Positions 53,698-63,904 of a DNA stretch of 64,000 bases are shown here, in pieces. The stretch spans positions 565 to 64,564 of the forward strand of contig WAQN01000131.1 in the NCBI GenBank assembly GCA_015520195.1. The letters run 5' to 3'. Numbering within the stretch: position 1 is the stretch's first letter; each line of letters starts with the position of its first letter. Below the pieces are notes generated by a model. The model was not told where the DNA came from and searched no databases. It saw only the letters and a list, made by a program, of their open reading frames with translations. Made by a program: the position numbers and the translations under genes. This DNA is from Desulfurococcales archaeon. GTDB taxonomy: Archaea; Thermoproteota; Thermoprotei_A; Sulfolobales; Acidilobaceae.

Positions 53698-56258
53698 CCC
53701 CCAGCCTTGAGAATAATAGAACCTATGAGGCTAGGTGCTTCACCTGCACAATCCCATTTTATATAGCTACCGTTTATCCAATCATCTATAAGGTTATCGT
53801 AATAACTAGACACTGGATTCCCCGACTGGCCACCTGGGTATATCCATCCAACCCTGCACTCATCTAACCCCTGACCATACATCAACGTTAGGAATCTTAG
53901 GCTGGGCCCATGGGCTATTGTAGGCTTCTCTTTTAACGCCTCTAGATCCCATGGTATAGGCGTGTTGAGTAGAACATCATCGCCACCATCTATCTGGTAA
54001 AGGCCTCTAGAGAGTGGATCTAATCCTGATAGATGGTTAAGTAATAACACATGCAATCTTCCCCATTTCCACTCGTTCATATTCTGTCCAAGATACTCCT
54101 CTAGGGCTGAAACGGCCTCTTCCAGGGTCTTAGCCATCGCTACCTCAAAACCCTCCTTAAACCATTTACTATCCCTCATGTTTAATATAAGCCAGGTCGT
54201 AGCATCTGGTGTAGGATATAATTTCACATTTATGCCATGTGATTTTAGATAATCCTTGTATAAATAGTCTTGCAGGGCTGAGAACCATGCCCACCATATT
54301 GTAGGGGCAACCTCGTCTTTATCCATAACATAATCCCAGTCCTTAAGGAGCTCTAGGGCTCTAGAAGCCTTACCACTAAGACTTCCATACGACTCCGCAG
54401 CATTCAACATAACCTTCAACACGCTATATGCATACCAGTCAAATGCGTCATACTGGTACATCTTCATATCATCAATGCTATGCTTATCCTTAGATGATAA
54501 TAGCATGAATATCCTATGCGCCCTTGAACCTGGATCCCACCATGCACCCAGTATAAAATAGGGATAGTATGGCCCAACAGACATCTGATTAGGTGCTGCC
54601 AGGAATCCTCGAGGAGGATCTATTGATGCTGGGAGGTCCTCGAATGGTATATATCCTATCCATTCATAACCGCCAGTCCCATTTAGAAGGGATCTGCTAC
54701 TAACCACCAGCATCTCCTCTCCACTTGGTATGGTTACCTTTCTAAGGGGAAAGAGGCCTGGTTCTATAACTGCTATATGACCCTCTACATCAGCGTACAT
54801 GAAGTTCTGTGAAGGCACATCCCATAGTCTTAGTGCGTCTAGAAATTCATCCAGGTTTCTTGCCTTGTTAACAAGATATATAGCAACGGCCTCCCTCGTA
54901 ACACCACTATTATCGTTCATAAAGCCCGCGTTGCCAGTCCACTTGAATGATATAGTTAATCCCTTAGTCGTCAGTACGGGGCCATGTATGGTTAGGTTAA
55001 CCTTTAATACTACATCGTCTCCGCCTTTTACTTTTATTGTCTCCTCTACCTGCTTCATTTCAAGCCATCTGCCCTCGTAGTAGTAGAGCAATGGATTTTC
55101 TGGGTTTACTTTTTCGACGTAGAAGTCCATGACTCCTATCTGGGTATTAGTTAGTCCCCACGATATATAGCGGTTGTATCCTATAATCACAAAGGGGATA
55201 CCTGGCAGGGTTGCTCCGTAAACCTCTAATCCATCATTAGTCCTTATATGGAGCATGTACCAGAGTGAGGGGAGATTCAATGGCAAATGTGGATCGTCAG
55301 CCATCATTGCATATCCTGATAGGCTCCGAGAGGGGGCAACTGCCCAGTTATTACTCCCGATGCCTTTGGGGCGCTCTCCAACGAGCTCTAAGATGCTCAT
55401 GACTGCGTCTTCTAGTTTCTTGGCAAATTCTGGATCCTTGAAGTCTAGGCCAGTAGCCCATTCCTCAAACCAGTTTAGGTTCCTAAGCATGTATGGGTCT
55501 AGGTTGATCCTCTTGCCATTTATCTCTCCATCTCCTGGAATCACTGTTACATTGTCAGCATAGTATGGATGAACAGGGTATAGTATTTTCATGTCTTCGT
55601 AGTCTAGTTTCGACGCTAAAAGGGATAGGTGGAGGGGGTACCAGAAGTTGGTTAAGGTCCAAGCCATATATTTAGCCCAGACTAAACTATCCACAGGCGT
55701 CCAGGGCTCTGGTTTATACCCTAAGAGCTTGAACATTAACGGGAGATTTCCATTCTTATTCATTAGATTTATAGCGTAGTTCACGCCATTAGAGTATGCT
55801 TCTAATAGTGAATATACATACGGGTAATTAGCCTTTATCCATTCAGAAGTCGCCTCAGCAGATCTCCTTAAACCTATGATCCTCATGTATACGTCATTCT
55901 TCAACGCATCCTCTCCAATAACCTCAGCCAGCATCCCAGATGCGAGTCTCCTCTGAATATCCATTTGCCAAAGCCTGAACCATGCGTGTATAAAGCCCAC
56001 AGCAAAGAATGCGTCTCTCTCATTTGAGGCCTCTATATGGGGCACTCCTACATTATCGAATCTGATTACCACATCAGAGCTGAGCTCATCCGCCTTAAGC
56101 TCTAACTCGCTAGGTATAATACCGGCTTCCGCTGACCTCACTACTCCCTTATAGGGGTCACTTAATTCTAGGAGGAATCCTATAGGAGTCATCATTATTA
56201 AGACAATGATTATTAGCGATGCTAAGAGTGCTATGTACGACTTTACACCCCCTTTCAA
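53694..56258 (-). CDS. Penicillin acylase family Ntn hydrolase (membrane-anchored or secreted)
   Basis: 854 aa with an N-terminal hydrophobic anchor. GIGSNNWAVAPSRSLSG carries the beta-subunit N-terminal nucleophile Ser (SNxW). It is family-wide collinear (FAVGFIHAWFRLWQMD, MADDPHL). Confidence 0.85.
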   Translation of the reverse strand: MKGGVKSYIALLASLIIIVLIMMTPIGFLLELSDPYKGVVRSAEAGIIPSELELKADELSSDVVIRFDNVGVPHIEASNERDAFFAVGFIHAWFRLWQMDIQRRLASGMLAEVIGEDALKNDVYMRIIGLRRSAEATSEWIKANYPYVYSLLEAYSNGVNYAINLMNKNGNLPLMFKLLGYKPEPWTPVDSLVWAKYMAWTLTNFWYPLHLSLLASKLDYEDMKILYPVHPYYADNVTVIPGDGEINGKRINLDPYMLRNLNWFEEWATGLDFKDPEFAKKLEDAVMSILELVGERPKGIGSNNWAVAPSRSLSGYAMMADDPHLPLNLPSLWYMLHIRTNDGLEVYGATLPGIPFVIIGYNRYISWGLTNTQIGVMDFYVEKVNPENPLLYYYEGRWLEMKQVEETIKVKGGDDVVLKVNLTIHGPVLTTKGLTISFKWTGNAGFMNDNSGVTREAVAIYLVNKARNLDEFLDALRLWDVPSQNFMYADVEGHIAVIEPGLFPLRKVTIPSGEEMLVVSSRSLLNGTGGYEWIGYIPFEDLPASIDPPRGFLAAPNQMSVGPYYPYFILGAWWDPGSRAHRIFMLLSSKDKHSIDDMKMYQYDAFDWYAYSVLKVMLNAAESYGSLSGKASRALELLKDWDYVMDKDEVAPTIWWAWFSALQDYLYKDYLKSHGINVKLYPTPDATTWLILNMRDSKWFKEGFEVAMAKTLEEAVSALEEYLGQNMNEWKWGRLHVLLLNHLSGLDPLSRGLYQIDGGDDVLLNTPIPWDLEALKEKPTIAHGPSLRFLTLMYGQGLDECRVGWIYPGGQSGNPVSSYYDNLIDDWINGSYIKWDCAGEAPSLIGSIILKAGG

Positions 56259-56321
56259 AGGATAACACCTAAGAATTATTATTTATTCTAACTAGAAGCT
56301 ATTAAACAGTAACTAGGGTAA

Positions 56322-57026
56322 TTATTCATTATATCCGTAAAACTCGTCTAGCTTCCCTACCCTCCTCCTATCTTTATCTGGCTTTTTGTATGGTGTGACT
56401 AGTATCCTTCGTATGAACTCTGCCTTCTTGTCCCCTATTCCTTCTATCTTTGAGAGCTCTGCTATGCTGGAGCTACAGAATTTCTCTATAGTCGAAAACC
56501 TATCCAGGATTTTCTCCGCCGTCTTAGGGCCTATGAAGGGGAATGACTGCACTATATAAAGTTGCCATTCCCTTAGATCACTTAGCCTGGGTTTCTTATG
56601 TAAGACGATGCCTGTGCCTACCTCCTTTGCCATCCTCCTTGCTATAGCATCTATTATTAGTGCTGTGGCCTTCGGCCCAGAACTCATTATTATCCTTGCA
56701 TTATAGTCTAGCGTTAGGGTTATCATTGCGGAGTAGAGCTGCTTCATCCTAGACTGGTACCTCTTAATTCTAGTCGGATCCCCCTCTACTATGTAAATGA
56801 CTATAGGATAAGCCTCTGCCATTCTTTTAGCTTGATCGAAGAGACGCCCATCGAATAGTGACCTGGCAAAGTCATATGATGACTTACGTTCTATGACAGC
56901 TTCCTTTGCCACTACATAGTCTCCTATGCTTAATTGCTTTCTTATAACGGTTAAGCCCAGCGACTCTAATAGACCTGGTATCCCGGTATTCTCCTCCCTC
57001 ACATCTGCATACACGTGGATCTTCAA
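56322..57026 (-). CDS. xpf: Short crenarchaeal XPF/ERCC4-type structure-specific endonuclease
   Basis: ERCC4 nuclease motif GDYVV...AVIERKSSYDFARSL, a C-terminal (HhH)2 (FPFIGPKTAEKIL...IEGIGDKKAEFI), and a terminal PIP-like KLDEFYGY. Confidence 0.85.
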   Translation of the reverse strand: MKIHVYADVREENTGIPGLLESLGLTVIRKQLSIGDYVVAKEAVIERKSSYDFARSLFDGRLFDQAKRMAEAYPIVIYIVEGDPTRIKRYQSRMKQLYSAMITLTLDYNARIIMSSGPKATALIIDAIARRMAKEVGTGIVLHKKPRLSDLREWQLYIVQSFPFIGPKTAEKILDRFSTIEKFCSSSIAELSKIEGIGDKKAEFIRRILVTPYKKPDKDRRRVGKLDEFYGYNE

Positions 57027-57033
57027 AATCTCC

Positions 57034-58002
57034 TCATCCCCTCTTGGAGAGGCATATCCTAGCTATTTTTCCTGGCAGTGATTTAGCTATTGACTCCTTC
57101 AAGTCCTCTATATCCCCGCTATACTTTAAATGGGTCATAGCGACTGCGTCATGGCCTCCCCCTTCACCGTTATACTTCTTTGCGAGATACTCTGCAATTA
57201 ATGATGCAGTGATCCCTTTCTCAAGCGCTGATTTAGATACTCTTATAGATACCCTCTTCTCTAGCCCCCTAGATGTAACTACGACTGCAACATCAGCTCC
57301 TAGGTCTATGAGGGTTCTGGCAACCATTGATTCATGACTCCCTATACGTGTTACGGCTACTAGTATATCATTGCATGATCGGCCTAACACTAGCCGTGAT
57401 AGGGCCTTCAGCCTAGCTATCCTCTCGGATAAACCCTCTTTTTCATTAGACGTAGTGAGCAGCCCTATAGCCTCCCTATAATCACCACCCCACTCAATCA
57501 ACCTTAATATAGCCTTAAAAGTAGACTCTCTAGCATTAATGAACCTCTTAGTGTCATAGAGTATACCAATTATACCCAGTGTAGCCATCCTATTCATTGG
57601 ATTTATTCCAAGCGCTTCTAAAACGTTAACCACGATCTCCGTGGTTGAAGGAGCATCTTTATAGACTAGGCTCACCACGGCCTTATCCTTTAAAGTGTTT
57701 CCTTCATGATGGTCTATCACCACCTTGTAGGTAGCCTCCTCAAATAGCTCAGAGAAAGGGCCGAGCTGTGCCGGATTAGCGGAGTCCACTGCCACCGCCA
57801 TATCTGGCGATGTCGCGTAGCTAGGCTTATCATAACTTATGATAAGTCCTTTATCAAGCTCCAATCTATCTATTATGCGTTTTGATAGCCTAGAAGGACC
57901 CTCTGGTATATAGATTATAGTCTTTAATCCAAGGATGCTCAGAGCGTGAGTTATTAGATATGCTGATGCAATTGCATCGGGATCAGCATTCCTATGTGTC
58001 AC
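57034..58002 (-). CDS. DHH-family phosphoesterase (NrnA/RecJ-like); the start codon is unresolved
   Basis: Motifs HRNADPDAIASA (DxD), DSANP, DHH (IDHHEG) and DHHA1 GGGH. The first ATG/GTG/TTG in frame is GTG 58002. The open frame upstream encodes ...IIGEDVGAKLKEIIRSSETAIVV, which looks like the normal N-terminus. Confidence 0.8.
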   Translation of the reverse strand: MTHRNADPDAIASAYLITHALSILGLKTIIYIPEGPSRLSKRIIDRLELDKGLIISYDKPSYATSPDMAVAVDSANPAQLGPFSELFEEATYKVVIDHHEGNTLKDKAVVSLVYKDAPSTTEIVVNVLEALGINPMNRMATLGIIGILYDTKRFINARESTFKAILRLIEWGGDYREAIGLLTTSNEKEGLSERIARLKALSRLVLGRSCNDILVAVTRIGSHESMVARTLIDLGADVAVVVTSRGLEKRVSIRVSKSALEKGITASLIAEYLAKKYNGEGGGHDAVAMTHLKYSGDIEDLKESIAKSLPGKIARICLSKRG

Positions 58003-58024
58003 GACAATGGCTGTTTCAGAAGAC

Positions 58025-58327
58025 CTAATTATCTCTTTTAACTTTGCGCCTACGTCTTCCCCTATAATGCTTATCGAATTCTCTAATGGCAGCTTCGATC
58101 GCCTCCTCGACTACATATTTTACCCATGGATCCCTTGGCCTATACGCCTCCACATCCACAACTAACCTTACAACACCATCCTCACGCGATACCTTTAAAG
58201 TCACCGTGTAGCGCGAGGCGGCATCTCCAAGTGCTGCCTCTAGAACCTCCTGAGCTTTCTTTCCCGCATTCTCAAGTGCTACTTGCAGGGTTTCATCGTC
58301 AGAGGCCTCCAAGGCCTCCTGCACCAC
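58025..58327 (-). CDS. Small hypothetical protein (acidic N-terminus, Arg-rich tail)
   Basis: 100 aa, between the prefoldin beta gene and the DHH gene, overlapping both reading frames slightly. I recognise no motif. Confidence 0.5.
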   Translation of the reverse strand: MVQEALEASDDETLQVALENAGKKAQEVLEAALGDAASRYTVTLKVSREDGVVRLVVDVEAYRPRDPWVKYVVEEAIEAAIREFDKHYRGRRRRKVKRDN

Positions 58328-58676
58328 CTTGTTGTCTGGCTAATAGCCTCTTTAATTCCTCAGCAAGCCTTTCAAGCTCCCTCTTTAGACTGTCCTCCTG
58401 GGACTTCAACGCTTTTAGTCTTATCTCTAAATCCTCCTTTCTCTTATTAAGCTCCTCCATTATGGAATCCCTTGTAGCCTTTACTAGTATGTAGCCCTCC
58501 ATCTTGTAAAGATCCGCGTCACCTGGTAGCTCCTTTAGTTTCTCAAGTAACGACTCTATTTCTGCTAATGAACCTTCTACCGTTATCCTCTCCTGGGCCA
58601 GCGCATTCAGGGTTTCTCTTAACTGGACGTACTTGTTATATTTAGCCTCTGCTTCTGAGGGCACTTTTTCGACCAT
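58299..58676 (-). CDS. pfdB: Prefoldin beta subunit
   Basis: 125 aa: coiled coil, beta-hairpin (DADLYKMEGYILVKATRDS), coiled coil. Confidence 0.85.
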   Translation of the reverse strand: MVEKVPSEAEAKYNKYVQLRETLNALAQERITVEGSLAEIESLLEKLKELPGDADLYKMEGYILVKATRDSIMEELNKRKEDLEIRLKALKSQEDSLKRELERLAEELKRLLARQQGGAGGLGGL

Positions 58677-58854
58677 CCTCTTGCACCTATCCCTTATGCT
58701 TACAGTTAAGGGTTAATAGCTGATGTGTTTAACTCTAGACGGAATCAGCGTGCCTCTTATTTACTACTGCTATAATGTTGGGTATGATCCCTCGTCATAG
58801 TTAATGGGTTTAAGCGTCTAGGATATATTAGTTAGTTAAAAACTATATAGTGCT

Positions 58855-60369
58855 ATGGGTTGGAAGGAGTTGGATGAGATAAGAGGCCTAGTAGACCATC
58901 TTGAGTCCAGAAGTAGAATAATAAGGAATCCAAGTTATTCTTGGCTCAAGGCTCACGCATCAAAATATGCTATTAAAAATGATTTTGGCATACCATTGTT
59001 TCATAGTAGAGTATGCGCCCGTATGCCTGACGCCACTATAGACGATGTCAACAAGGTCTCTGGAGATGTGAAGGCTCATATACTAGCTGAGATTAATGAG
59101 TTAAAGAAGTATATTATGGGTAAGACGTTTATAGCCGTCGATAGGGCTGTTGGCATTTCTAGAGGTTTTAGGGTAAAGGTTAGAGCTTATGTGTCGAGTA
59201 GATATCCACACTTAGCATTGATGTTCGCAGTCAACTACTTCCAGCCATCAGATGACGACGACTATGAAATAGTAACTATAGACATACCCGAGTGGCCTAG
59301 GAAGCTAGTGCTAGTAGATCCAGTGGAGAGAGCCACGGTTATACTAGGTAGCGACTATTATGGGGAGCTTAAAATGAGTGCCCTCAGAATGGCTATGAAC
59401 TACGCTAGGGATTACATGGGTCTGCTGGGTGTGCATGCAGCCACAAAAGTATACTATGTTCATGGTGGGAGACCTGAGGGTGAGGGGTTCTTGATATTTG
59501 GTTTAAGCGGTACGGGCAAGTCCACCATAACATTCCATCTGCATGAAGGCGACCTTAGAGATGATGAGCGTGTAGCTATTAGACAAGATGACATAAATAT
59601 AGTCAATAGGAGAGCACATGCCTATGCAACTGAGGAGAATTTCTATCCAAAGACGGACTCGGCCCCCTCTATACCCAACCTAATGAAGGCGCTCCACCAT
59701 CAGGATACTATACTAGAGAACGTAGCTGTAAAGAATGGAGTCCTCGACTTCAGGGATACAAGCGGGTGCCACTCTAATGCAAGGGCAATAGCCATTAGGC
59801 ATGCTATCGAGGGTGCAGATCTAGAGTATGACACAGAGAGGGTAACAAAAATCATATTCCTAACTAGGAGACATGACATGCCCGTAGCCGCAAGAGTATC
59901 AAGTATAGAGCAGGCAACGGCGTATTTCATGCTAGGGGAGTCGATAAAGACTAGCGCAGGAACGATGGATCCCCGGGAGGTCGGAAAACCTGTTAGAGTA
60001 CCTGGCTTCGACCCCTTCATAATCGGTCCAAAATGGCTTAATGGGCTTAGATTCTACGAGATACTATACAACAACCCTGATATCCAGGTGTATGTATTGA
60101 ATACTGGGTATATAGGCAACACTAAGATCACCCCGCAGTATACCCTTAAAACAGTGCTCGCTATTGCACGTGGAGACGCTGTGGAAGATTTCGACGAAAA
60201 CCTGAACATGTACCGCATCGTAAGCGTGCCAGGCCTAGATCTAGGAAAGCTCGATCCCTACAAACACATTCCAGGATATGCTGAGCACATCAAAAGAATT
60301 AGAGATGAACGAGCTAACTACTTAGCCAGCAAATTTAAGCCCATATCATTCATCTCATATAGTATATAG
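58855..60369 (+). CDS. pckA: ATP-type phosphoenolpyruvate carboxykinase family protein (divergent)
   Basis: Kinase-1a motif LIFGLSGTGKSTI, RQDDINIV (compare IGDDEH), NARAIAI (compare ENTRAAYP), FLTRRHDMPVAARVSSIEQATAYFMLGESIKTSAGT, and VLNTGYIG (compare LVNTGW). Confidence 0.7.
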   Translation: MGWKELDEIRGLVDHLESRSRIIRNPSYSWLKAHASKYAIKNDFGIPLFHSRVCARMPDATIDDVNKVSGDVKAHILAEINELKKYIMGKTFIAVDRAVGISRGFRVKVRAYVSSRYPHLALMFAVNYFQPSDDDDYEIVTIDIPEWPRKLVLVDPVERATVILGSDYYGELKMSALRMAMNYARDYMGLLGVHAATKVYYVHGGRPEGEGFLIFGLSGTGKSTITFHLHEGDLRDDERVAIRQDDINIVNRRAHAYATEENFYPKTDSAPSIPNLMKALHHQDTILENVAVKNGVLDFRDTSGCHSNARAIAIRHAIEGADLEYDTERVTKIIFLTRRHDMPVAARVSSIEQATAYFMLGESIKTSAGTMDPREVGKPVRVPGFDPFIIGPKWLNGLRFYEILYNNPDIQVYVLNTGYIGNTKITPQYTLKTVLAIARGDAVEDFDENLNMYRIVSVPGLDLGKLDPYKHIPGYAEHIKRIRDERANYLASKFKPISFISYSI

Positions 60370-60372
60370 AAG

Positions 60373-60957
60373 TTACTCCTCCTTAACGGCGACTAGTAGG
60401 CCTGCTGGCGTGGGAGATATCATAACTCTCCAAGGCTTTCTATACGCCTTATCGAAAAACGCTTTCGGAGGTTTAGGGAAAAACGCGTTATGAAATAATG
60501 CTATCCCTCCCCTCTTGAGTTTGCTTGATAGTATGTCTATAACAAGTGGGTAATCCTCTTTTTCCACGTCTATAAATGCGTAATCCAGGCTGTTGTTATT
60601 CATATTTTTTATATATGAGATTGCATCTCCCTCTATTACTTCAAGCTCGACATTACTCAAACCTAGCCTAGAAAGATTGCTGATTATCCTTGAAGCCCTC
60701 TCCCTAGAGTACTCTATAGCAATAACTTTACAATCTCCATTAACACATCCATATTCCATCCCTGAAGCGATCCATAGAGTAGAATAGCCTATACCTGCAC
60801 CAGCATCAACAGCGACCTTACCTCCCCTCAAAGCAGTCATATACGCTAATACCTGCATGACAAGGCCGTCACTAACGTCCACCGCTGGTATCCCGTAGTC
60901 TAAAGATTCTCTATGAAGTTTCTGGGCTATATCCATTAGGCTTATGGGGTCAATCAT
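60373..60957 (-). CDS. Class I SAM-dependent O-methyltransferase (family 3-like)
   Basis: VAVDAGAGIGYSTLWIA (motif I), IAIEYS, YAFIDVEKEDY, LKRGGIALFHNAF. Confidence 0.75.
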   Translation of the reverse strand: MIDPISLMDIAQKLHRESLDYGIPAVDVSDGLVMQVLAYMTALRGGKVAVDAGAGIGYSTLWIASGMEYGCVNGDCKVIAIEYSRERASRIISNLSRLGLSNVELEVIEGDAISYIKNMNNNSLDYAFIDVEKEDYPLVIDILSSKLKRGGIALFHNAFFPKPPKAFFDKAYRKPWRVMISPTPAGLLVAVKEE

Positions 60958-61106
60958 CTGATACCACGCTATTCAACCTATCCACTAGACTGAGTAAGTA
61001 ATAAACAGCTAGACTCAAATATACATTACCACTAGCAGTCTCTAACTAATCTACTTAACCAGGGAAAAACTATTAACCTATATTACCATGCTATCTGTAT
61101 TTTAGG

Positions 61107-61781
61107 TTGATAACCATGGAGTATAGCATCGAGTACTCTCCTATGTATTCTATATTGAAGGTTAGGCTGTCACCAGGCGAATCACTAACCGTAGAGCCAG
61201 GAGCCTATATGCTCCATAAAGGCGACCTGGAAGTGAAGACCTCTAGTGGAGGCATCTTTAAGGGGCTAGCAAGAGCTCTTATGGGGGGAGAGAGCTTTTT
61301 CATGAACACAATAGTCGCTAGAGGTAATGTCGAAATATGGATAGCCCCAAGTCTAAGCGGCGATATAAAGGCCATAGAGTTAAATGGCAATACACTTTTC
61401 ATCCAGGATTCCAGTTACCTGGCTCATGTAGGTAACATCGATATAACTACCGGATGGAGAGGACTTCGAGGATTAATCGCTGAAGGAGAACTAGTATGGC
61501 TTAAAGCGTCTGGCTATGGGGTTGTCTTTATAAATAGCTACGGTGCTATGGAGGAGATTAAACTAGATCCAGGTGAGAGGATTACTGTAGACAACATGCA
61601 CTTCGTCGCCTTAGAAGATACAGTATCGTGGAATATAAGGAAGTGGGGTGGGTGGAAGACCTTCTTCTTTGGTGGAGAAGGGATCGTCATAGACGCTGCT
61701 GGCCCAGGCAGGATATGGGTTCAGACTAGGAACCTTCCATTGTTTGCTAGAATACTCAGGAAGTTCATACCACAGTCCTGA
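61107..61781 (+). CDS. AIM24/TIGR00266 (DUF124) family protein
   Basis: YSILKVRLSPGESLTVEPGAYMLHKGDLEVKT...GGESFFMNT...GEGIVIDAAGPGRIWVQTRNL. Confidence 0.75.
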   Translation: MITMEYSIEYSPMYSILKVRLSPGESLTVEPGAYMLHKGDLEVKTSSGGIFKGLARALMGGESFFMNTIVARGNVEIWIAPSLSGDIKAIELNGNTLFIQDSSYLAHVGNIDITTGWRGLRGLIAEGELVWLKASGYGVVFINSYGAMEEIKLDPGERITVDNMHFVALEDTVSWNIRKWGGWKTFFFGGEGIVIDAAGPGRIWVQTRNLPLFARILRKFIPQS

Positions 61782-61810
61782 TGAGATTAATCAATCAACA
61801 TAAATGCTGC

Positions 61811-63778
61811 TTACTTTTTCATTAATTCTTTAAATTCTTTTGCAACTTGTTTTATATAGTCTATAGATTCGGGGTTTTCCAGTGTAACTACATTGCCGGG
61901 GTCTCTGCCAGTCATGATATTCTTTATAACCCTCCTCATTATTTTCCCGCTTCTCGTCCTCGGCAGGTCTTCGACGAATATGATGGAATGCGGCCTAAAT
62001 GGCTTGCCTAGTGATGATGCTACAAGATCTGCGATTTGGTCTTCTAGCTCACTTGATTTAGTGTATCCTTCTTTTAGTGTAACAAAACACACTATAACCT
62101 CTCCTTTAACTTCGTGGGGCCATCCTATGCATGCCGATTCAGCTACTGCCTCGTGGGAGTTTACTATGGTCTCTATCTCAGCGGGGCCTATGCGTTTCCC
62201 AGCGACTTTTATGACGTCATCTGCCCTACCTATTATATACCAGAAGCCGTCCTCGTCGATAACTGCTAGGTCGCCGTGATACCAGACACCTGGGAATCTG
62301 CTCCAATAGGTTTCTATATATCTCTCTGGCTCCCTCCAGAGGCCTCTAGTCATGCTTGGTATTGGGTTCTTAACAACTAGGTATCCGGGAGCTCCTCTAA
62401 TACTAGTTCCATTGTCATCGAAAGAATCCACATTGACCCCGGGGCTTGGCCCCCATACAGTCGTGGGTTTTAACGGTACCACGGGGCTTGGCAGTACTAA
62501 TCCTCCAAAGACCTCCGTACCACCACTTATATTTATTAATGGTCTCTCGCCCTTGCCAACCTCAAACATTACCCACATCCATGTATCATAATCTATCGGT
62601 TCTCCTGTATTTCCAAATGTCCTTATGCTTGAGAGGTCATATTCTCCGCCTATCTTGGGGGTAAGTTTTTTCAGCATTCTAGCAACTGTAGCGGCAAAGC
62701 CAAACTGTGTTACACGGTACTCATCTATCAACCTCCATACCCTATCTTTGTCCGGATAATCTATGGCTCCTTCAACCATGAGGTGAGAAGCGCCTAGCAG
62801 CTGGGATCCTATAACCTGCCATGGTCCCATCATCCATCCTATATCAGTTATCCACCACATCTTATCGCCTTGTCTTACGTCATAGTTTATGTACTGGTCT
62901 TCTCCAGGTTTCAGCAGGCTCCCTGCATGACTTATGACTGCACCCTTGGGTTTGCCAGTGGTTCCTGATGTGAATAAGAGTAATGCTGGGTCCTCTGGAT
63001 CCATCTCTTCAGGCTCTGCACTAGGCCTTTTACCCTTCACTGCATTATGGAAGTACTCATCTCTTTCATCAAACCAGTCCATATCTAATCCCAGTCTACG
63101 TATAACTATAACTCTGTCAACCACACCTTTACTCAGATCTACAGCCTCATCAGCTAACCTCTTCAAGTTAATGATCTTACCCCTTCTATAATAGCCATCT
63201 ACAGTAACAAGAACCCTAGACTCTCCCAATATAATGCGATCCGCCACAGCCCTAGGTGCAAAACCTGAAAATATAGGGCTCGCAATTGCACCTATCTTGA
63301 TAGCAGACAACATCGCTATTATAGACTCTGGGAGCATAGGAGCATATATCGAGACAACTTCACCCTTGCCAATTCCTATCTCTCTTAGATAATTCGAGAA
63401 TCTATCTACTTCATCCTTAAGTTCCCCGTAGGTTAGTGATTTCTTAGAACCGTCTTCTCCAACCCACGTGAATGCCTCCCTATCGCTGCCCCCTGTCTTC
63501 ACTATTTTATCAACTATATTATAGGTTAAGTTAACTCTTCCTCCTCTATACCACCTAGCCCATTCTACGCCTTTAGATAAGTCGACTATATCCGTGGGCT
63601 CTTTAAACCATTCTATTCCAAGCCATTCTGGTAGTTTCCTCCAGAACCATTTAGGGTCCTGGATTGAGCGCCTTACAAAATCTGAATAACTCTTTATCCC
63701 TTCCGACTCCATTATCATTGATATATTAGAACTATGAATAAGCTCTCTAGGGGGTTCCCAGAGGGAACTCTCCTTCAT
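61811..63778 (-). CDS. acs: AMP-forming acetyl-CoA synthetase family ligase
   Basis: 655 aa with LLFTSGTTGKPKG, GEPI, YHGDLAVIDEDGFWYIIGRADDVIKVAGKRIGPAEIE and LPRTRSGKIMRR. Confidence 0.88.
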   Translation of the reverse strand: MKESSLWEPPRELIHSSNISMIMESEGIKSYSDFVRRSIQDPKWFWRKLPEWLGIEWFKEPTDIVDLSKGVEWARWYRGGRVNLTYNIVDKIVKTGGSDREAFTWVGEDGSKKSLTYGELKDEVDRFSNYLREIGIGKGEVVSIYAPMLPESIIAMLSAIKIGAIASPIFSGFAPRAVADRIILGESRVLVTVDGYYRRGKIINLKRLADEAVDLSKGVVDRVIVIRRLGLDMDWFDERDEYFHNAVKGKRPSAEPEEMDPEDPALLLFTSGTTGKPKGAVISHAGSLLKPGEDQYINYDVRQGDKMWWITDIGWMMGPWQVIGSQLLGASHLMVEGAIDYPDKDRVWRLIDEYRVTQFGFAATVARMLKKLTPKIGGEYDLSSIRTFGNTGEPIDYDTWMWVMFEVGKGERPLINISGGTEVFGGLVLPSPVVPLKPTTVWGPSPGVNVDSFDDNGTSIRGAPGYLVVKNPIPSMTRGLWREPERYIETYWSRFPGVWYHGDLAVIDEDGFWYIIGRADDVIKVAGKRIGPAEIETIVNSHEAVAESACIGWPHEVKGEVIVCFVTLKEGYTKSSELEDQIADLVASSLGKPFRPHSIIFVEDLPRTRSGKIMRRVIKNIMTGRDPGNVVTLENPESIDYIKQVAKEFKELMKK

Positions 63779-63811
63779 CCCATCACCTTGGGAATAATAT
63801 TGTATCCTAAC

Positions 63812-63847
63812 CCTTAATATAGTAAACCTGTATCAATCCTTAATATA
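63812..63847. repeat. Tandem 15-nt repeat CCTTAATATAnTAAA (2 copies, 26-bp period) upstream of acs
   Basis: The exact 10-mers CCTTAATATA are at 63812-63821 and 63838-63847, 34-69 nt upstream of the acs start (63778, minus). Each contains a TATA-like core. Confidence 0.5.
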
Positions 63848-63904
63848 CTAAATTATTTTTAATAAAATATTAATTACCTGGTGCATCATTGTATTACTTT
63901 ATAT

